A DNA stretch of 63,786 nt, the filler included, from Octopus bimaculoides (lineage: Eukaryota), in NCBI RefSeq assembly GCF_001194135.2. It is 4 parts of 4 records of this genome, joined end to end, with 100 filler letters (N's around TTAATTAATTAA, not from the genome) between each part and the next. Parts side by side here need not be neighbours in the genome. Positions count along the whole stretch, not along the records: positions 46,326 to 63,786 come from NC_068999.1; 3 more parts are not named here. One strand, written 5' to 3'. A program made the translations under genes and the position numbers. The notes under the pieces are model-generated. The model had not been told where the DNA came from. It saw only the letters and a list, made by a program, of their open reading frames with translations, and did no database searches. The stretch's first letter is position 1; the number at the start of each line of letters is the position of its first letter. Below are positions 59,782 to 63,786 of the stretch, one piece after another.

Positions 59782-60949
59782 NNNNNNNNNNNNNNNNNNN
59801 NNNNNNNNNNNNNNNNNNNNNNNNNNNNNNNNNNNNNNNNNNNNNNNNNNNNNNNNNNNNNNNNNNNNNNNNNNNNNNNNNNNNNNNNNNNNNNNNNNNN
59901 NNNNNNNNNNNNNNNNNNNNNNNNNNNNNNNNNNNNNNNNNNNNNNNNNNNNNNNNNNNNNNNNNNNNNNNNNNNNNNNNNNNNNNNNNNNNNNNNNNNN
60001 NNNNNNNNNNNNNNNNNNNNNNNNNNNNNNNNNNNNNNNNNNNNNNNNNNNNNNNNNNNNNNNNNNNNNNNNNNNNNNNNNNNNNNNNNNNNNNNNNNNN
60101 NNNNNNNNNNNNNNNNNNNNNNNNNNNNNNNNNNNNNNNNNNNNNNNNNNNNNNNNNNNNNNNNNNNNNNNNNNNNNNNNNNNNNNNNNNNNNNNNNNNN
60201 NNNNNNNNNNNNNNNNNNNNNNNNNNNNNNNNNNNNNNNNNNNNNNNNNNNNNNNNNNNNNNNNNNNNNNNNNNNNNNNNNNNNNNNNNNNNNNNNNNNN
60301 NNNNNNNNNNNNNNNNNNNNNNNNNNNNNNNNNNNNNNNNNNNGTCGTGATTAAAAACATTTCTTTTGTAAGTACGTATTTCCGGTTATTTTTCCGTTCG
60401 TAATGAATGTATAAATATATAAACATTGATTTACAATGGTATTTTCCCCTGATGTCTTGCAAACAACTTGCACATGAAAGTGCTGCCATTTGAGAACTCC
60501 GCATACCGGAAGCCAGCAAGTGTATGGGGGTCACCAGGAGAGAATGCGCGCCGTTTCGGAGCCTACCTCTCGATGGCATCATTGCACCCCATCCCCCACC
60601 TCACTGATATGAGGCCCTGCTTGCTAGATCAACTGTTTATTAAATATAGCTCAATATTTCTCTAGCCATCGCTCATCGTCTCTTTTTAACCAAATCCAGT
60701 GCCTAGCCATTTCCACTGTAGTTTGGATATCGGTCATGGTGATATTTACCTTACAATGAGTTAGGTCTAACGGTAACAACAGTTGTCTCACACTGTGTCC
60801 AAGTAAATCTGTTATTTACTTGTTAATTACTAAGAATAATGTTTATATTAGTATACATAAATAGATTAGAATAATTCTTAAATATAATTATATATCTTTT
60901 TGTTTGAATAATTATGCATGGATGAATATTTCTTGTAGATCCTATGATG

Positions 60950-61337
60950 TTATTGTTGGCACTCCGACGCTTATGACGTCGAGGGTTCCAGTTGATCCGA
61001 TCAATGGAACAGCCTGCTCGTGAAATTAACGTGCAAGTGGCTGAGCACTCCACAGACATGTGTACCCTTAACATAGTTCTTGGGGGAGATTCAGCGTGAC
61101 ACAGAGTGAGACAAGTTTGGCCCCTTTGAAATATAGGTACAACAGAAACAGGAAGAAAGAGTGAGAGAAAGTTGGGGCGAAAGAGTACAGCAGGGTTCTC
61201 CACCATCCCCTACCGGAGCCTCGTGGAGCTTTAGGTGTTTTCACTCAATAAACACTCACAATGCCTGGTCTGGGAATCAAAACAGCGATCCTACGACCGC
61301 GAGTCTGCTGCCCTAACCACTGGGCCATTGGCCTCCA
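60950..61337 (-). mobile_element. SINE family D, full-length
   Basis: tRNA-like head with box A tggcccagtgg, body shared with 24557-24848, (AAC/AAT) tail. Confidence 0.92.
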
Positions 61338-62145
61338 CACGAATACACTAAAGTAACATAAAAATGAAGTGACTTGCTGAAGGGTAGCATTTTATCAATT
61401 CATTTATACTATGTGTTCTATAAAGACTAGACCTCATTGATATGGAATAAAGAGCTTAGATCAAGTATACTATGTACTGCCCCCATCAAGATTTGAACTA
61501 GTGATTTTATAATAATGAGCAGTCACACTGCTTACCATTAGGCCACAGCCAAATGCTCTAATTATATACAGTATGTTATCAATTAATCTATATTGTGTGT
61601 ACTATTACGAGAAGTGAATACAGCAGAAGCACATATTTGTAATAAATAAACAAATGGATTAATATTGATAGGAAAACTTGATAAATGGCAACTAATTAGA
61701 AAAGCCTTCGTTAGCTGACATTTTGTGTTATTGATTTCTCAATTTGTTTTGTTTTTTTACAAAGGAGAATTTTTTTTTTGACATTGAACCTAAATAAAAA
61801 TGACCCCCACAAATAAACTGAGATGCAGGAATAACCATACCTCTGCCTATCAATCTATGTTCATCATTGATTGCTTTATATAAATATCATCATCATCACC
61901 ATCATCATCATTGTCGTTTCACCCCTTAGTATTTAAGCAGGCCATTTCCAACCCAAATATTCTCCCTGTTTTATGCTCAAACTGGCCAGATTCGTTCCCT
62001 CACACCTACCCTACAATGTCAGTCTAAAAATTAACAGTTTTATATTAACTGTGTATATTCCTTACTTGAAAAGCAGGTAAGGGTTAGCAACGTATCAGGC
62101 ATTCCAGCTATAAAACCACTGCCTCAGTTATATATTCCTCTAACC

Positions 62146-62708
62146 CAGTGGGTCTCGACTGGGGTCCATATGACCCCTAGAGGACCATATAAGGTTTTTG
62201 GAGGTCCACACAAGCAAACTTGTAAATTAGGGACTATTAAGGGTCGATGAAAAATTTTGTTTCCAATGTATGTATTGCAAGAAACAGCTGGGTTTCTTTC
62301 CCTAACATTTTACATGGTTCAACCCACATGAGTTAATGCGTGAAAAACAAAATAGGGATTTTGAAAGAAGTAGCTATAAATCTAGTTTTTAAACCTTGAA
62401 GGGCTATGGGGGTCAACCAGAATAAAATTGCAATCAAAAGGGGTCCACACAAGCTAAATAATAAATTGGGGACTATTGAGGGTCCATGAAAAAGTTTTTA
62501 TTTAGATGTATTGGTATGTATTGCAAGAAACAGCCAGATTTCTTTCTCTGACATTTTAAATAGTTCAACCTACACAAGTTAATGTGTGAAAAACTAAATA
62601 GGAATTTTGAAAGAAGTATCTTAAACATTAAATGGCTTTGAGAGGGTCCACCAGAGTAAAATGGTAATCAAAGGGGTCTGTAGGTAAAAAAATGGTTGGG
62701 AACCACTG
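62146..62708. mobile_element. hAT (Charlie-like) non-autonomous element with an internal ~240-bp tandem duplication
   Basis: CAGTGGGTCTCGAC ... GGTTGGGAACCACTG; 8-bp flanks ctctaacc / gtctaacc (7/8 TSD); interrupts an old RTE-tail repeat. Confidence 0.85.
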
Positions 62709-63139
62709 GTCTAACCCATGCTGGCATGGATAATCAGTCATAAAACTTAACAAGTTCTTACATAATGTGTTACACCCAAAATATGCTGCTTGGGGCAGAT
62801 TGCAATTCCTCATCCCTCCATCCATAAAATATTTAGAATGTTGTGAGAAAGCACCAACCAAACACAGTTATCACGGGACAGATATTGCTTAGGCGTTCAG
62901 TCTGATGCCCAAACGAACTCGTCAACCTACTGTTCTAATTAGCAGCTCTATATCAATCTAAATGAAGCTGCCACTCCTAAGTTGGTGAAATGCACAGCAA
63001 TAGCATGGTTATGTTATTTTAAAAGAAGCTGCTACTGCTAACTTAGAACTGTAATATATATATCTATAGCTAGGCTATATTAATTAAAAAAAACCATGAC
63101 TGCTAACTTTGCCATACATGTACCATTAACTACGTTTTA

Positions 63140-63460
63140 TTAAGTTGAGCAGTTTGGTGTAGTGTTTATATATGCCATCGTTTCTGACAGCCCACTTTCG
63201 TTTCTATAAGGAGTAGCTGACCATGTTAGAAATATTCTGCAGACAGCACTGGCCAACCTGATTTCTTCATTGGTTCTGGTTAGTATTCTAAAGTCGGTTG
63301 TTCCACAAAAATCTAAGCCTCGCCAACCAGTCGGATCCTCTTCAGTTAACTTGAGAAATGTGCGTCTTACGGAACTTCTCCTAATGAGGTGAAAGCTTTG
63401 TAGCTTTCCTTTTTGTTGTTGTAAGTTTTGTTTTGAAAGCGTGAACAGTGAATGTGTGTG
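63140..63460 (-). mobile_element. Decayed hAT (Buster/Charlie-like) transposase C-terminus
   Basis: VHAFKTKL in one frame and RIFLTWSATPYRNESGLSETMAYINT in another resemble the recalled xKAFKxKL and LLPFATTYLCESGFS..YIKT dimerisation motifs. Confidence 0.5.
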
Positions 63461-63569
63461 TGTGTGTATATTTATATATATACACACACACACACACAGA
63501 TCTTTACAATGGCTAACAAAGTAAGTCTGAAGTATTTTATATCAACATCAACATCATCATCATCATCAA

Positions 63570-63604
<35 letters not shown>

Positions 63605-63664
63605 CTGTTTAACATCCACTTTCCTTGCTGTCGTAATTTGGACAAAATGCTACTAAAATGCTAC

Positions 63665-63695
<31 letters not shown>

Positions 63696-63740
63696 CAGTT
63701 TTATCTGTCCGTCTATCTATCTATCTATCTATCTATCACA

Positions 63741-63786
<46 letters not shown>

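Noticed and set aside
63211-63278. Plus-strand exon GVADHVRNILQTALANLISSLVL
   Set aside because: Antisense to the hAT transposase-like relic, and it matches neither the missing THOC6 nor the missing SUPT7L segments.

Overview
AT-rich, microsatellite- and repeat-dense animal draft-genome window with many N gaps. The repeat inventory ((GAT)n-tailed RTE LINEs, several tRNA-derived SINE families, (TA)n/(CA)n/(GA)n tracts) looks like an octopod cephalopod genome; this is an inference from memory. Three host genes are recognisable by manual translation. (1) A THOC6 (WDR58) orthologue survives as four 41-55 nt plus-strand exons (10744-15174) that the ORF track misses. (2) A complete TMEM260 O-mannosyltransferase orthologue has an intronless CDS (minus strand, 21550-19505). 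(3) The 5' half of a SUPT7L (STAF65-gamma) orthologue lies in four plus-strand exons (24289-26048), head-to-head with TMEM260. Three identical 44N-TTAATTAATTAA-44N linkers (15698, 26509, 46226) are artificial joins. THOC6 and SUPT7L each break off about 0.5 kb before one, so contiguity across them is doubtful. The rest is decayed mobile DNA: RTE, R4/Dong-like and CR1/L2-like LINEs, modular SINEs, several Tc1/mariner lineages (one with DD36E spacing), hAT and piggyBac MITEs, and an inverted Penelope-like repeat pair whose arms carry complementary decayed hammerhead-ribozyme cores. Best leads: the probable TMEM260 retrogene using the SUPT7L bidirectional promoter, the inverted hammerhead-like pair, a copy-number-variable hairpin array in the RTE 3' UTR, and a candidate lineage-specific SUPT7L cassette exon. 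All homology calls are from recalled sequences; no database search was run.
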